Shown here: in pieces, positions 1 to 12,481 of the stretch
Position numbering within the stretch: position 1 is the stretch's first letter
How the letters are laid out: each line of letters opens with the position of its first letter
Source of the DNA: Octopus sinensis
Lineage: Eukaryota
Length of the DNA stretch: 64,000 bases
Reading direction: 5' to 3'
Assembly (NCBI RefSeq): GCF_006345805.1
Contig: NC_043018.1
Span: 17,980,001-18,044,000 of the forward strand
Notes under the pieces: generated by a model
What the model saw: the letters and a program-made list of their open reading frames with translations, nothing else
What the model was told of the DNA's origin: nothing
The model's database searches: none
Position numbers and translations under genes: made by a program

Positions 1-440
1 TAATATATTTACTAACACATATTCGTGGTGCGATGGCAGAGCGACTAAAAGTTTGGGTTCTCCGTCGGTTTCATTGATGAGCTGTTAGTTTTTTGATCAA
101 GTGAATTTTTATCATTGAAATTAATATCTCACTGGCTGACTGAGTATTCCATAGTCCTATGTACCATTAATGTAGTTGTAGTTCACATTCTGAATCGGTG
201 AGTAGAACTTAAAGAGACAAACAGACAGACTGGTTGGTCACAGTTCACTTACAGAAGAGGAAAGATTGAGAGGTGATACTGCCCTCAGCGCAGTCTGAGC
301 TTACAGCCCAGAGATTAAGAACAAATACGATAACTTAGTGTGTTCGGCACTCTAACGACACCTCGTCACCAAAAAACTTGGAAGTTCCATGTAATTATAT
401 CTAATACGTTCCACAATTGGTAAAGAGTCATTGACTTACC

Positions 441-672
441 TATTTCTTTACTACCCAAAAGGGGCTACACATAGAGGGGACAAACAAGGACAGACAAACG
501 GATTAAGTCGATTATATCGACCCCAGTGCGTAACTGGTACTTAATTTATCGACCCCGAAAGGATGATAGGCAAAGTCGACCAAGGCGGAATTTGAATCCA
601 GAACGTAACGGCAGACGAAATACGGCTACCCATTTCGCCCGGCGTGCTAACGTTTCTGCCAGCTCGCCGCCT
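441..672 (-). mobile_element. tRNA-like SINE, family B (AAGGCGGCGAGCTGGCAGAAACG head; GCCTTTCATCCTTTCGGGGTCGATAAA central domain)
   Basis: Near-identical to copies at 10200, 12052, 25500, 34459 and 60687; flanked by 13-bp direct repeat TCATTGACTTACC (428-440, 680-692). Confidence 0.85.
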
Positions 673-734
673 GTCCAACTCATTGACTTACCATTAAATA
701 TTCCGTCTGTATTGAGGCAAATGAAAGCCAGCCA

Positions 735-1140
735 AGTGGTTCAGACTTCTAGAGACTTCTGGATTAGAACTCTTGAGACTGGTTGATCAGATCTCTTGAG
801 AATGGTGTATGAAAACTCTACATCTCGTGTTGTAGACCTCTGCAACCTGGTGGATCAAACAGCTAGAGATTGGAGGGTTGGATATCTACAAGCTGGTTTT
901 GTAGACTCCTGCATCCTGATGGAAAATACCTCCTACAGTCTTGTAGATCAAACCTATACAGATCAGTGGATCAAACTCTTACAGCCTGATGGATCGAGTG
1001 TCTAAAACATGGTGGATCAGATCTCCATAGATAAATGTATCAGCTCTCTTCCCACCTAGTGGATCAAACTTCTAGAGACCGATAGATCAAACGTTGAAGT
1101 TTGGTGCAACAGAACTTTGTAGTTTGGGATATCAGACCTC
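735..1140. repeat. Degenerate ~23-bp minisatellite (consensus ~TGGTGGATCAAACCTCTAGAGAC)
   Basis: Unit starts at 848, 871, 894, 917, 941, 964, 987 and 1010; the GGATCAAAC/GGATCAGA core recurs. Confidence 0.7.
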
Positions 1141-1980
1141 GACTGCCTGAAATTGTAATCACACAGAATAAGCATGATGCAATTACTCGAACATACCAAC
1201 GGAGTGTCTCGAGATACTTGATAATCACCTCTACTTGTGCACGCAGGCCCCTTATAAAGCAAATCTCAGCAAACTTATACCAACCCCATCAAACTAGAGA
1301 TCTTTCCGGGGAAAATTGTGTCACACTGCTCGACTGACATTAAAAGACCAATAAAAAGATAGGGTTCTGAGGATTAACTCACTTGATCAATCACATTGTC
1401 TTAATAATATTACGTTTGTAGCCGACGATGACGACTTTGCTTTTCATTCTTTCGGGGTAGATAAATTAAGTACCAGTCGAGTACTGGGGTCGATGTGATC
1501 GATGTCCCACCCTCATCAAAGAATATTATACGTTTATAGGTTTGTAGTTTCTTTTGGGTTGTATCTGGAGCATTATTGAAGTAAATGGGTTGATTTCATA
1601 TTATTAAGGTAACAATAGAACTGGCCGAAATTTCCACGAGATTCTACGGCTGCTGCCCAAGGTTCCTGCTGCTAGGCATTTTTGTTAAACTGTTCTTTGT
1701 GTGTGACAACCTGTCAGTAGAAATCAGAGGAAGCTTTAACGAGTTAAAGCTTGTTTTAAACTGACATCTTCTGGATTAATTCCACCCCGCACACGTAGGC
1801 ATAGAGACAAAGACATACAAGCATATTCACATGAATACACACAAATTCTCTCTTACACAGAAGAGAGCGGGTGCACGCACACACTCACATGTGCAGAGAT
1901 TTGGCTTACTCTTCAAGAATATTCTGGAGCATATATATATATATATAATATATATATATATTATATATATATATATATAT

Positions 1981-2011
<31 letters not shown>

Positions 2012-2059
2012 ATATATGTATATGTATGTATATATTGTATATGTATATGTATGTATATA

Positions 2060-2096
<37 letters not shown>

Positions 2097-2482
2097 AAAT
2101 GAGCAAAATCAATATTTCTGTGTGTTTATCTTTACCAAATAAATTGCTTGTCTTATTTGCTTTCAATGTAAAGAGATAAAAAAATTAATTTACTCAGCTG
2201 ATGTCGTTATCTTCTTCTAATTTCTTCTTCTTCTTCCTCCCCCTCTATTCACCCCCTCCATCTGTACATCCTACTTTGCTCTGAACAGAGAATAATACAC
2301 CACAAATACAGTAATATAACAAATGTAGGTAACCTCGCGATTCCAATAAGCCAGAGAGGGTCATTGAAAAAGGGACAGCGCTCTGTCGTCGGGGTATAGA
2401 TACGGACGTTCAATGAAGGAGTTTTTCTATGTAGTTACTTGACCAACCAGAAGGAGGAAGTCAGAATTTTGGATAATTTTTA

Positions 2483-2540
2483 TTAACGCTTTCGTTCGTT
2501 TATCGAACTCGTCAAGACAAAATCAATTTGTCTTGACGAG
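2483..2540 (-). ncRNA. Degenerate type-I hammerhead-like motif plus palindrome
   Basis: Minus strand reads TTGACGA-GTTCG-ATAAA-CGAAC-GAAA-GCGT-TA (perfect 5-bp helix II, C3>U); overlaps a 14-bp-arm inverted repeat at 2508-2540. Confidence 0.4.
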
Positions 2541-2582
2541 TGGTGTACAATATCTACAAATCATTTCAAACACTCTATATAT

Positions 2583-2968
2583 TCTTTTGTTCTTTAACTT
2601 GTTTCAGTCATTTGACTGTGCCTAAGATGGAGCACCGCATTTAGTCAAGCAAATCGACCACAGGACTTATTCTTTCTAAACCTAGTACTTATTCTATCGG
2701 TCCCTTTTGCCGAACCGCTAAGTTACACACCACCATCGGTTGCCAAGCAATGCTGGGGTGACAAACACAGACACGCAAACATATACACTCATATACATGT
2801 ATACATACATATATACGACGGGCTTCTTTCAGTTTCTGTCTACCAAATCCACTAACAAGGCTTTGGTTGGCCTGAAGCTATAATAGAAAACACTTGCCCA
2901 AGGTGCCACGTAGTAGGAACCTGGAACCATGTGGTTGGTAAGCAAGCTACTTACCACACAGCCACTCC
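2583..2968 (-). mobile_element. tRNA-derived SINE, family A (GGAGTGGCTGTGTGGTAAG head, CTTGGGCAAGTG CORE-like box, internal (TA)/(TG) run, (AAGAGT)n-like tail)
   Basis: Reverse complement of the A copies at 17672 and 24712. Confidence 0.8.
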
Positions 2969-2972
2969 AACG

Positions 2973-3004
<32 letters not shown>

Positions 3005-3005
<1 letters not shown>

Positions 3006-3422
3006 TACAGACAAGAAAGTAAATTTCGAACGCTCTATAGCGGTAAAAACAGTAGAAAGATTGGGTATTTTATCCTTATAAAGATGAAAAAAACAAACAA
3101 ACTGCCAGTAGAAGGTTAGAGATTCGAACCCGTGCCTCTCAATTACTGCGTGAGTACTCTATTATTTAGGTAAACGGCCATCTACCAACAATTACTCTCA
3201 ATTTTAACGCAATTAATCATAAAATTCCAAAAGCTATTTTTATTTAGCGTTAAAATTATTGACGGTTAGTGTTGTCAGCAGGCTTTTGGGTTTAATGGTA
3301 GAGTAACCGAGGGGTATAGGTTCGAGACCCATAGCCATCTTCCGGAAACTACTGTTTTCCCATCTTTCTCTGCCGTTCTTACATCCTTTACTGCGTTCAA
3401 AATTTACTTTCTTCTCTGTAAA
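3005..3422. repeat. Imperfect ~420-bp inverted repeat containing two divergent tRNA-like (B-box) heads
   Basis: Outer arms TTACAGACAAGAAAGTAAATTTCGAACGC / GCGTTCAAAATTTACTTTCTTCTCTGTAA; B-box GGTTCGAATC on minus (3121-3130) and GGTTCGAGACCC on plus (~3319-3330); (TA)n on both sides. Confidence 0.6.
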
Positions 3423-3459
3423 ATACCAAACATTCGACTCTTCCAGACTTTGTTATATA

Positions 3460-3536
<77 letters not shown>

Positions 3537-3759
3537 TGTAGTCATTTGTTTCAGTTATTTGTCTGCGGTCATGCTGGAACACCGCCATTAGTCAAAGAAA
3601 TCGACCTCAGAACTCATTCTTTGTAAGCCTAATACTTATTCTATCGGAATAGTTTTGTCAAGTGATGGCAGGGGTTAAACACAGATATACATAAATACAC
3701 ACAAACACACACTGATATACATACATACATATATATATATACATACATATATACATACA

Positions 3760-3829
<70 letters not shown>

Positions 3830-4194
3830 GTATGTACATATGTATCTGAACACAGAAATAAATATACATAAATACATATGCACATATATGTACACACATA
3901 CACACACACACACACACACACATATATAGGTATATGTGTGTGTGTGTTTGTGTGTGCGTGCGTGTGTGAGTGTGTGTGTGTATGTATAGTCTGGTTGTCC
4001 ATCACCCCATGAATAGTTTATTGACCAATAGACCAAGCACAGCCGATGAATAAATTATTATTCGCGTCAATTTACAAAATATAAGGAGACAGGTGAGGGG
4101 TGGATCGGGTCGGGGGTCGGGGGCTTGAGAAAGACAGAGTAAAGTAAAAAAAGATAACACTTACACACACACACAGATATATATATATATATAA

Positions 4195-4325
4195 AGGCAA
4201 AGTTTACGAAAATAAACAAAAGACGAAGGCAGGTGGTGTACAAACAAACAAATGTATTAGTATAGCGCTCATGAATAGAAAAAGACTTTTACGTTTCGAG
4301 CCTACGCTCTTCCACAGAAAGTTAC
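4195..4325 (-). repeat. Dispersed (TA)n-anchored repeat with degenerate hammerhead-like end (related copies ~4860-4960, 53757-53840)
   Basis: Shared AAAAGACGAAG(G/A)CAGGTGGTGTACAAA...TGTATTAGTATA(G/A)CGCTC; minus strand CTGTGGA-A-GAGC-GTAG-GCTC-GAAACGTA. Confidence 0.5.
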
Positions 4326-5126
4326 ACAGAAAAAAAAAACAAGGAGAGAAACAAGGAAAAAAAAATGCGTGTAGAAGCTAACGATCTATCATGATGTATA
4401 CGAAAGTGTGCTGAATAGTTCCTGCCTTTAGGTGTGTCTCGAAAGTCTTGGTTTGAGGTCCAGCCTTCCGAGTTCTTTTGACGGAGCTTAGAAAAACTGA
4501 AGAACCGTTGCAAATAGTATGTGAATTTAAGAGGGAAATATGATGAATGAAATGATAACCGATCTTCATGTACTTTCTTTTCCTTTTTTCCGAAAGCCAG
4601 GAGCGTTTCCCCACTCCCTCGTACACATATCATATTTGTTCCGAATAAAGAATCTTGTGAATTCCATTTCCTTTTTCTCATATTTTCTAGAAACTCTATG
4701 GACACAAAAAAAATTCCTGAAATGAATACGGTGGCATATACCACCATACTGTTGATGACATCAGGGAACCGAATACTGTAAACGGGCTTTAAACAGCATA
4801 CTACAAGGTGTATACCCGAATATGAAATATTATATATCTATATATGTCAGTTTCGAATTTATAGAGAAACAAAGGCGAGGACAAGCGTAGGAGCAACAAG
4901 CAGGTGTATTAGTTTGACGCTCGGGAAAAATGGAAATGTTTTTTATGTTTCGAGCCGACGACACACATATGCATAACGCACACAGAAACACGCTCACACT
5001 ACTCGCACGCACAAAAACACACACATATACATATACACATACGCACGTATGTACATACATGTATATATGTATATATATTCTGTTTATATATGTGTGTGTG
5101 TGTATATGTATATATGTATGTATATG

Positions 5127-5190
<64 letters not shown>

Positions 5191-5191
5191 T

Positions 5192-5752
<561 letters not shown>

Positions 5753-6342
5753 TTCTATGGAGGAAGTGTCCGAGGCCTCTTCCCTCACGACACCCACAAC
5801 ATGAGTAGTGAGCGCAGAAGATAGATAGATGGAAGAAATTATCTGATATGCTATTTACTATACTCTTATTTCTCTATATTATATTATTCAAATAAATGAC
5901 ACTGAGCCACTAATTATATTTTAATTATTAAACTGTATCAAGGGTGCTTAAGATAGATCAAGATCCTCGAAAGATTTATATCCAAATTAATTTAATGAAT
6001 TGTAAAAGGAAGAATAAAAGCCAGGAATATTTAGAATAAAGTTATTAACGATTTAAGTGGAAACATTATTAGATTGGGTAATGTTTCATTTCCTAATTAT
6101 TTTGTTTACTTCTCGCTTTGTAAAACATCAAAGTATTGAATGCCATATGATTGCCACTAATTAGAATTTCGATTCTGTCACCCAGTAACATTTGAAGAGA
6201 CTCATATGTGAAGAGTCAGCATTTGCATCGCTCATCTCTTTATGCCGATGCAACATCTATCATAATTCAATCGAATTTAAAATCAATGCCTCATGAATAC
6301 AAACTTCAAAAGCTTTCAGAAAATAATGTCGTATATATCAAT

Positions 6343-6561
6343 TGAAAATTTATGAGAACTTCTTAAAGAGTCAAGAGTCCATTTTTGTATTGTTATACTT
6401 GAGGATTTTTTTTGTTTTGATATGCTTGTCAATTAAACACGCAATATATACCCGGTTTTCACTTTAGCTTTATTATTAAAGCTATTATTTTAGTTTATTT
6501 TTCAAAGCTCTTTCGACACACATCGTGTGACCTCGTCAGCGACTCTTTATCTGAATGTATG

Positions 6562-6603
<42 letters not shown>

Positions 6604-6809
6604 TATCTATATATATATATATATATATATAGGAGTGGCTGTGTAGTAAGTAGCTTGCTTACCGACCACATGGTTGGTAATAAAGCTGAAGAGAAAACCA
6701 AGCATAAATTGCGTGTTTAATCGACAAGTATATCAAAACAAAAAATTCCCCACGTATAAAAATACAAAAATAGACTCTTGACTCTTTAAGAAGTTCTCAT
6801 AAATTTTCA
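6343..6809. repeat. Penelope-like inverted repeat (arms ~6343-6478 / 6677-6809) enclosing a hammerhead-like motif, (TA)n and a SINE-A head
   Basis: TGAAAATTTATGAGAACTTCTTAAAGAGTCAAGAGTC... is the reverse complement of ...GACTCTTGACTCTTTAAGAAGTTCTCATAAATTTTCA. Confidence 0.7.
6503..6545 (-). ncRNA. Type-I hammerhead-like motif (degenerate)
   Basis: Minus strand CTGACGA-GGTCACAC-GAT-GTGTGTC-GAAA-GAGC-TT; helix I not evident. Confidence 0.45.
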
Positions 6810-6810
6810 G

Positions 6811-6841
<31 letters not shown>

Positions 6842-6977
6842 TATATATAATATAAAATTAATTAAGGGTAGAAATCAATATTTATCAATTAAAACCAGTG
6901 GTCTAGCATATTAAAAAAGAATCCGAAGATTAAAATATTTATATATACCAATTAAGGACTGAACACGAAAAGTGGAC

Positions 6978-7045
<68 letters not shown>

Positions 7046-7129
7046 CATATATATAGATAGATATATATAACTAAACATACATATATATATGTATATGTAT
7101 TTATGTATGTATGCATAGATTTGTATATG

Positions 7130-7304
7130 TGGCTGGGGGGGTAAAATGTTCGCTCCCCATGAACGTAGTTGCGGTGTCAGTCCCACTACGTGGCACCTTT
7201 GGCAAGTACCTTCAACTATGGCCGCGGGCTGACCAAAACTTTGTGAGTGGATTTCGTAGACGGAAACTGAAAGAAGCACGTCACACACACACACACACAC
7301 ACAT

Positions 7305-7352
<48 letters not shown>

Positions 7353-7548
7353 GTACACACACACAAATGTGTGTGTTTTTATCCTCATCGCCATTTGGCA
7401 ACCGGTGATGGTTTGTTTACGACCCTATCCCGTAGTGGTCTGACCAGAGAGACAGATAGAATATATAACTGGCTTAAAGATATTCTGATATCGCTTTGAT
7501 CGACCAAACCCTCAAACGCCGTGATCCAGCATGGCCGCAGTCCAATGA
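7130..7548 (+). mobile_element. SINE family A, diverged copy
   Basis: CAGTCCCACTACGTGGCACC...GTGAGTGGATTTCGTAGACGGAAACTGAAAGAAGC...CCAGCATGGCCGCAGTC. Confidence 0.7.
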
Positions 7549-7549
7549 T

Positions 7550-7591
<42 letters not shown>

Positions 7592-7637
7592 AATGAATAA
7601 ATGGAGTTACACGCAGTTGTTATTCAAATTCTTTTAC

Positions 7638-7723
7638 TTCCGACACATGTTTCGAAGATGTCATTGGTATTATTTCAAAGGAATAAAATGGTGTAAAACA
7701 ATGTAATCTTCTCTTCAGGGGAA
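7638..7723 (-). ncRNA. Type-I hammerhead ribozyme-like motif with extended helix II (Penelope-type 3' end)
   Basis: Minus strand TTCCC-CTGAAGA-GAAGAT.CATTG...CAATG.ATCTTC-GAAAC-ATGT-GTC-GGAA: intact core, GUC triplet, palindromic ACATGT helix III; followed by an AT-rich tail and (TA)n. Confidence 0.65.
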
Positions 7724-8124
7724 TGAAGAAATAAAACTTGTCAATAAGATATTTTAACAGAATATGATGGATATGTATAGTGATGAACTGAACGAAATTA
7801 AATTTATAAAAACGTTAGAGGATATAACGTCAAAGGTAGGCTATAGAAAGAGGAGGGGTAAAGGGAAAGATAAATCAGAAACCAAACAAATGAGAAGTAT
7901 AGAACGATATGTGAATTAAATAAAACCCTAAAGTCTTGGAACAAGATATATCTAGTGGAAGTGAAATATAAGAAGAAAATCAATGTTTAAATTATATATA
8001 ATGGTAGATATCATTTATATGAACTAAAGGTGTGTTTCTGCCAATGTTTACATCAGTAAACACAATCTATAACCGTGTTTACAAGGGGATTTATAGAATA
8101 AAGAATAAAAAATAGTTCAAGCAT

Positions 8125-8181
8125 GGAGTTAGTACCCCGCGCACTTAACCCCAAGGTTCCGAGCTCGATTCCAGGCAGTGA

Positions 8182-8246
<65 letters not shown>

Positions 8247-8282
8247 GCAGTAGTAGTAGTAGTAATAATAATAATAATAATG

Positions 8283-8353
<71 letters not shown>

Positions 8354-8499
8354 GTAATAATAATAACATCGAAAAATACCTTAGGAATAAGATCCCAGGA
8401 TCGAAATTTTCTTCAAAACACCTGATGAAGTCTGGAGGGTATATCAGCCGAAACGTTGTATTAACAAACAAGATGAGGACAAATATCCGTCAATTGTAA
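8125..8499 (+). mobile_element. tRNA-like head + (AAT)n + hammerhead-like 3' module (SINE/Penelope-type chimera)
   Basis: B-box-like GGTTCCGAGCTCGATTCC (~8155-8172); (AAT)n 8186-8366; CTGATGA-A-GTCTG-gagggtatat-CAGCC-GAAACGTTGTA at 8422-8460. Confidence 0.55.
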
Positions 8500-8892
8500 C
8501 TGTGTGGTAAGTAGCTTGCTAACCAACCACATGGTTCCGGGTTCAGTCCCACTGCGTGGCATCTTGGGCAGGTGTCTTCTGTTATAGCCCCGGGCCGACC
8601 AATGCCTTGTGAGTGGATTTGGTAGACGGAAACTGAAAGAAGCCTGTCGTATATATGTATATATGTATATATATATATGTATGTGTGTGTGTTTGTGTGT
8701 CTGTGTTTGTCCCCCTAGCATTGCTTGACAACCGATGCTGGTGTGTTTACGTCCCCGTCACTTAGCGGATCGGCAAAAGAGACCGATAGAATAAGTACTG
8801 GGCTTACAAAGAATAAGTCCCGGGGTCAATTTGCTCGACTAGAGGCGGTGCTCCAGCATGGCCGCAGTCAAATGACTGAAACAAGTAAAAAG
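8500..8892 (+). mobile_element. SINE family A
   Basis: Near-identical to 17672-18080 and 24712-25148. Confidence 0.9.
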
Positions 8893-10199
8893 AAAAAAAA
8901 AAAGAATGTATCAGATGAATATTTGTTGACTTCCCACAGTAAACAAACAGTTAATCCGTTCACTGACTTTTCTCCGATTGATTTTATAGGGGTTCAAGAT
9001 CGATATGGGGTCCTAACATAGCGCCTAGCTCAGAAAATAACGCGGTCGGATTACTCAGCATTTTTCTATCAAAATCTAGATTTTCTCTCCACACTTTTAA
9101 ATATCTAAATTAAAATAATTAACTGTTACAATGGTAATGAGAAATAAAATATTTAATTCATTCATTGAATTCCAGCGAAAGAGTGAAGAAAAGCTAAATC
9201 CATATAGAAGTAGGTTTTCACACATTTTACCGTCTTGTGATTCCAACCAATAAAATTACTCTAATTACATTATTGTCTTATAACAACAGAAAATAGATGA
9301 TAAAATTAATTAAGCATAAATCAGAAATGTGTATCGGTAAATTGTATTTTATTGAAAGTTTTTAAATGTATTTTTCTTTAAAGAATATTTTATGCAAAGG
9401 CTCGGCTTTCCACACAGAGTTCCATCTCTCGCCTTTTGGTTCCGAGGTAGTTATCGACCCCAAATATAGTTTCCCGATACCCAAGGTTTCACTACCAGCC
9501 AATTTGGAAACTTCATGATCTAAACATTCTTTTGTCTTTTGTTAACAGCTAAGTTAATGAGATCACGTGATTAAAAAAATCTAAACTGCTGATTTTGTGA
9601 AGTCATTAACTTGTTTTCAACGATAAACAATTTTCACGGCAAACTAATTACTCTTCCACACACCAACTGTATTACTTCCTACACTGTTTAGCGTCAGATA
9701 TAATTAACATTGCTTATTCTTATTGATTAAACGCTTCAGGGGATTCACTAATACATTCTAATCAATGAAACTTTCGCTTTATAAGTAAAGCACAGCCGTG
9801 TGGTTAAGACACCGGTTTTATGACTCAGTGGTTTGGGGTTCGGTCACTTTGTATGGCACCTTGGATTAGTGCCTTTTTGCAAAAATCTCAGGCCGATAAA
9901 AATATTGTGAATAAAATTTCTGAAACGGAAACTTGTAGAACGATGATGGAGAAGCCACTCCTGTCCTTGGATAGAACAGTCAGTTAATCGTCCACTTTAA
10001 TGCAACCACATAAGTCAAGTCAGTTCTATCAAAAATCATAACAGAAACGTCATGATTTATACAGAAGGTGGGACCTGTAAAGATTCCCATTTTGTGTGCT
10101 AAGTGAAATGCACCAAACACAATTTGACTCATGCTGGTTGCCTAAAAGAACAATTCAATAAAAGAATCAATGACGTCAAACACAATAGCAGAAGTTCGA

Positions 10200-10606
10200 A
10201 AGGCGTCGAGCTGGCAGAAACGTTAGCACGCTGGGCGAAATGCGTAGCCGTATTTCATCTGCCGTTACGTTCTGAGTTCAAATTCCGCCGAGGTCGACTT
10301 TGCCTTTCATCCTTTCGAGGTCGATAAATTAAGTACCAGATACGCACTGGGGTCGATATAATCGACTTAATCCGTTTGTCTGTCCTTGTTTGTCCCCTCT
10401 GTGTTTAGCCCCTTGTGGGTAGTAAAGAAATAGGTATTTCGTCTGCTGCTACGTTCTGAGATCAAATTCCGCCGAGGTCGACTTGGCCTTTCATCCTTTC
10501 GGGGTCGATTAAATAAGTACCAGTTACGCACTGGGGTCGATATAATCGACTCAATCCGTGTGTCTGTCCCCTCTGTGTTTAGCCCCTTGTGGGTAGTAAA
10601 GAAATA
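10200..10606 (+). mobile_element. SINE family B, 1.7-mer (full copy + 5'-truncated copy)
   Basis: Second unit starts at GGTATTTCGTCTG (10433); TSD GAAGTTCGA at 10191-10199 and 10607-10615. Confidence 0.85.
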
Positions 10607-10984
10607 GAAGTTCGATGGAGCTTGCCGAACATTTTACATCAAACGGCTGTAATTTTGAAGAACACCAGAAACTGCATATTCTGTGAAAATATTCTTATTC
10701 TACTGCACTTTAAGTCGTCAGAACACACGAGGATAAAAATTACTAACGCCACATCCTGGAGAAAAGAACAAATTCCTGGGGAAATGAACAAAATGTGTGG
10801 AGAATTCCATTACATTTACACAAATCCTTTTTTCCTTTTTTCATCCTTTCTCCTTTTTTTTATTTTCTTTGTTACCAGTTATATAAAAAACAACAACAAA
10901 ATCTGATGACGTCATTTTGTCTAAAAAAGAACGCAGGATATTCCTGCGTTCATATTTTGTACTTCTGTATTTCTGCATATTCTG

Positions 10985-11522
10985 TTGTGTCTGAGGAGAG
11001 TCATTTTCTTTTTGTGCCTTATAATATAACACACTCACCGGTGTGGAGGCGCAATGGCCCAGTGGTTAGGGCAGCGGACTCGCGGTCGTAGGATCGCGGT
11101 TTCGATTCCCAGACCGGGCGTTGTGAGTGTTTATTGAGCGAAAATACCTAAAGCTCCACGAGGCTCCGGCAGGGGATGGTGGTGATCCCTGCTGTACTCT
11201 TTCACCACAACTTTCTCTCTCACTCTTACTTCCTGTTTCTGTTGTACCTGTATTTCAAAGGGCCGGCCTTGTCACTCTCTGTGTCACGCTGAATATCCCC
11301 GAGAACTATGTTAAGGGTACACGTGTCCGTGGAGTGCTCAACCACTTACACGTTAATTTCACGAGCAGGATGTTCAGTTGATTCGGATCAACCGGAACCC
11401 TCGTCGTCGTAACCGACGGAGTGCTTCCTCTCTACTCACCGGTAAAATTTCCACTTTTTTCTTATTTTTATTTTCCTAAAATTTTCGTTGCGTCTTGCAA
11501 CCTTTTCAGTAGTGTTGACTCT
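10985..11522 (+). repeat. Penelope-like end relic (CTGAGGA-GAGTCA...TGACTC) interrupted by a SINE-C insertion; related to 47491-47722
   Basis: TTGTGTCTGAGGAGAGTCATT...CACCGGT...TTGCAACC...AGTAGTGTTGACTCT is colinear with the 47491-47722 element once the SINE is removed. Confidence 0.5.
11043..11433 (+). mobile_element. tRNA-derived SINE, family C (octopus OR1-like)
   Basis: A-box TGGCCCAGTGG, B-box GGTTTCGATTCC; 3' tail CCCTCGTCGTCGTAACCGACGGAGTGC; TSD ACTCACCGGT (11033-11042, 11434-11443). Confidence 0.9.
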
Positions 11523-11650
11523 GTCCGTTATTTACGCTGCGTTCGCTTTTGTTTCTTTATGCGCATGTAGTGCTCAATCCAACACAGTCAATTTCTATTA
11601 CAAATTGCATTCGCGCTCTTCTTATTGCTTGTTATTATAATTATTATTGA

Positions 11651-12050
11651 CTAGCAGTATGGCCCGGCGTTGCTCGGGTTTGTAAGGGAAATAACTATAT
11701 AAGCATTTTTAGAGATGTAAAGTATAATAGCCATCTCAATATGGCTAACCACAAAGGGGGGGGGGGGTGTTACTGTAGCTTTTTACGTTCTGAGATTTAA
11801 TAATAAATTTTTAGAGAGTTACTTCCCTTATATATGCCAAAAATGCATTAAAATGGGAAAAATTGATGGTAAATTATTTTAAAAATCGTAGACTCATCGT
11901 AGACGCGCGCTAATACCCAGAAGGGCTCGATATGAATCACGACTATAAGATACCCGGTTTTGGTTAAACTGTACCGCAAAATATGGGAGTAGTTAGGAAT
12001 CTAAATCGTAGGAGACAGACAGCACACAACCTCACTTTTATATATAAAGA
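11651..12050 (-). mobile_element. Non-autonomous Helitron (400 bp)
   Basis: Minus strand 5'-TC(TTTATATATAAAAG)...CCCGAGCAACGCCGGG hairpin...CTAG-3', inserted between A and T, no TSD; homologous to 63237-64000. Confidence 0.9.
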
Positions 12051-12051
12051 T

Positions 12052-12229
12052 AAGGCGGCGAGCTGGCAGAAACGTTAGCACGCCGGGCGAAATGCTCAGC
12101 GGTATTTCGCCCGTCTTTACGTTTCGAGTTCAAATTCCACCGAGGTCGACTTTACAGTTCATCCTTTGGGGTCGATTAAATAAGTACCAGTTACGCACTG
12201 GGATCGATATAATCGACTTAATCCGTTTG
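12052..12229 (+). mobile_element. SINE family B, 3'-truncated
   Basis: AAGGCGGCGAGCTGGCAGAAACGTTAGCACGCCGGGCG...TAAGTACCAGTTACGCACTGGG. Confidence 0.85.
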
Positions 12230-12410
12230 ATTCAATGGACAGTCGTGGCTCATCACATTAGAAGGTGATAACAGTGTTCTGAGTTCAAACTCAAGTAAAA
12301 ATACAACAGGGAGGGGAATGGATTCAGGTTAACTATCTTGTCATAGTTACGTCTTAAGAAGACTTTGTTATCGAAACATGTATCATGCGAACTGCGTGAC
12401 GAGTACACAC

Positions 12411-12481
<71 letters not shown>

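Noticed and set aside
11043-11120. Genuine tRNA gene (also 21514, 57150, 58760)
   Set aside because: A/B boxes are present but there is no proper acceptor stem; always attached to SINE bodies, several with TSDs.
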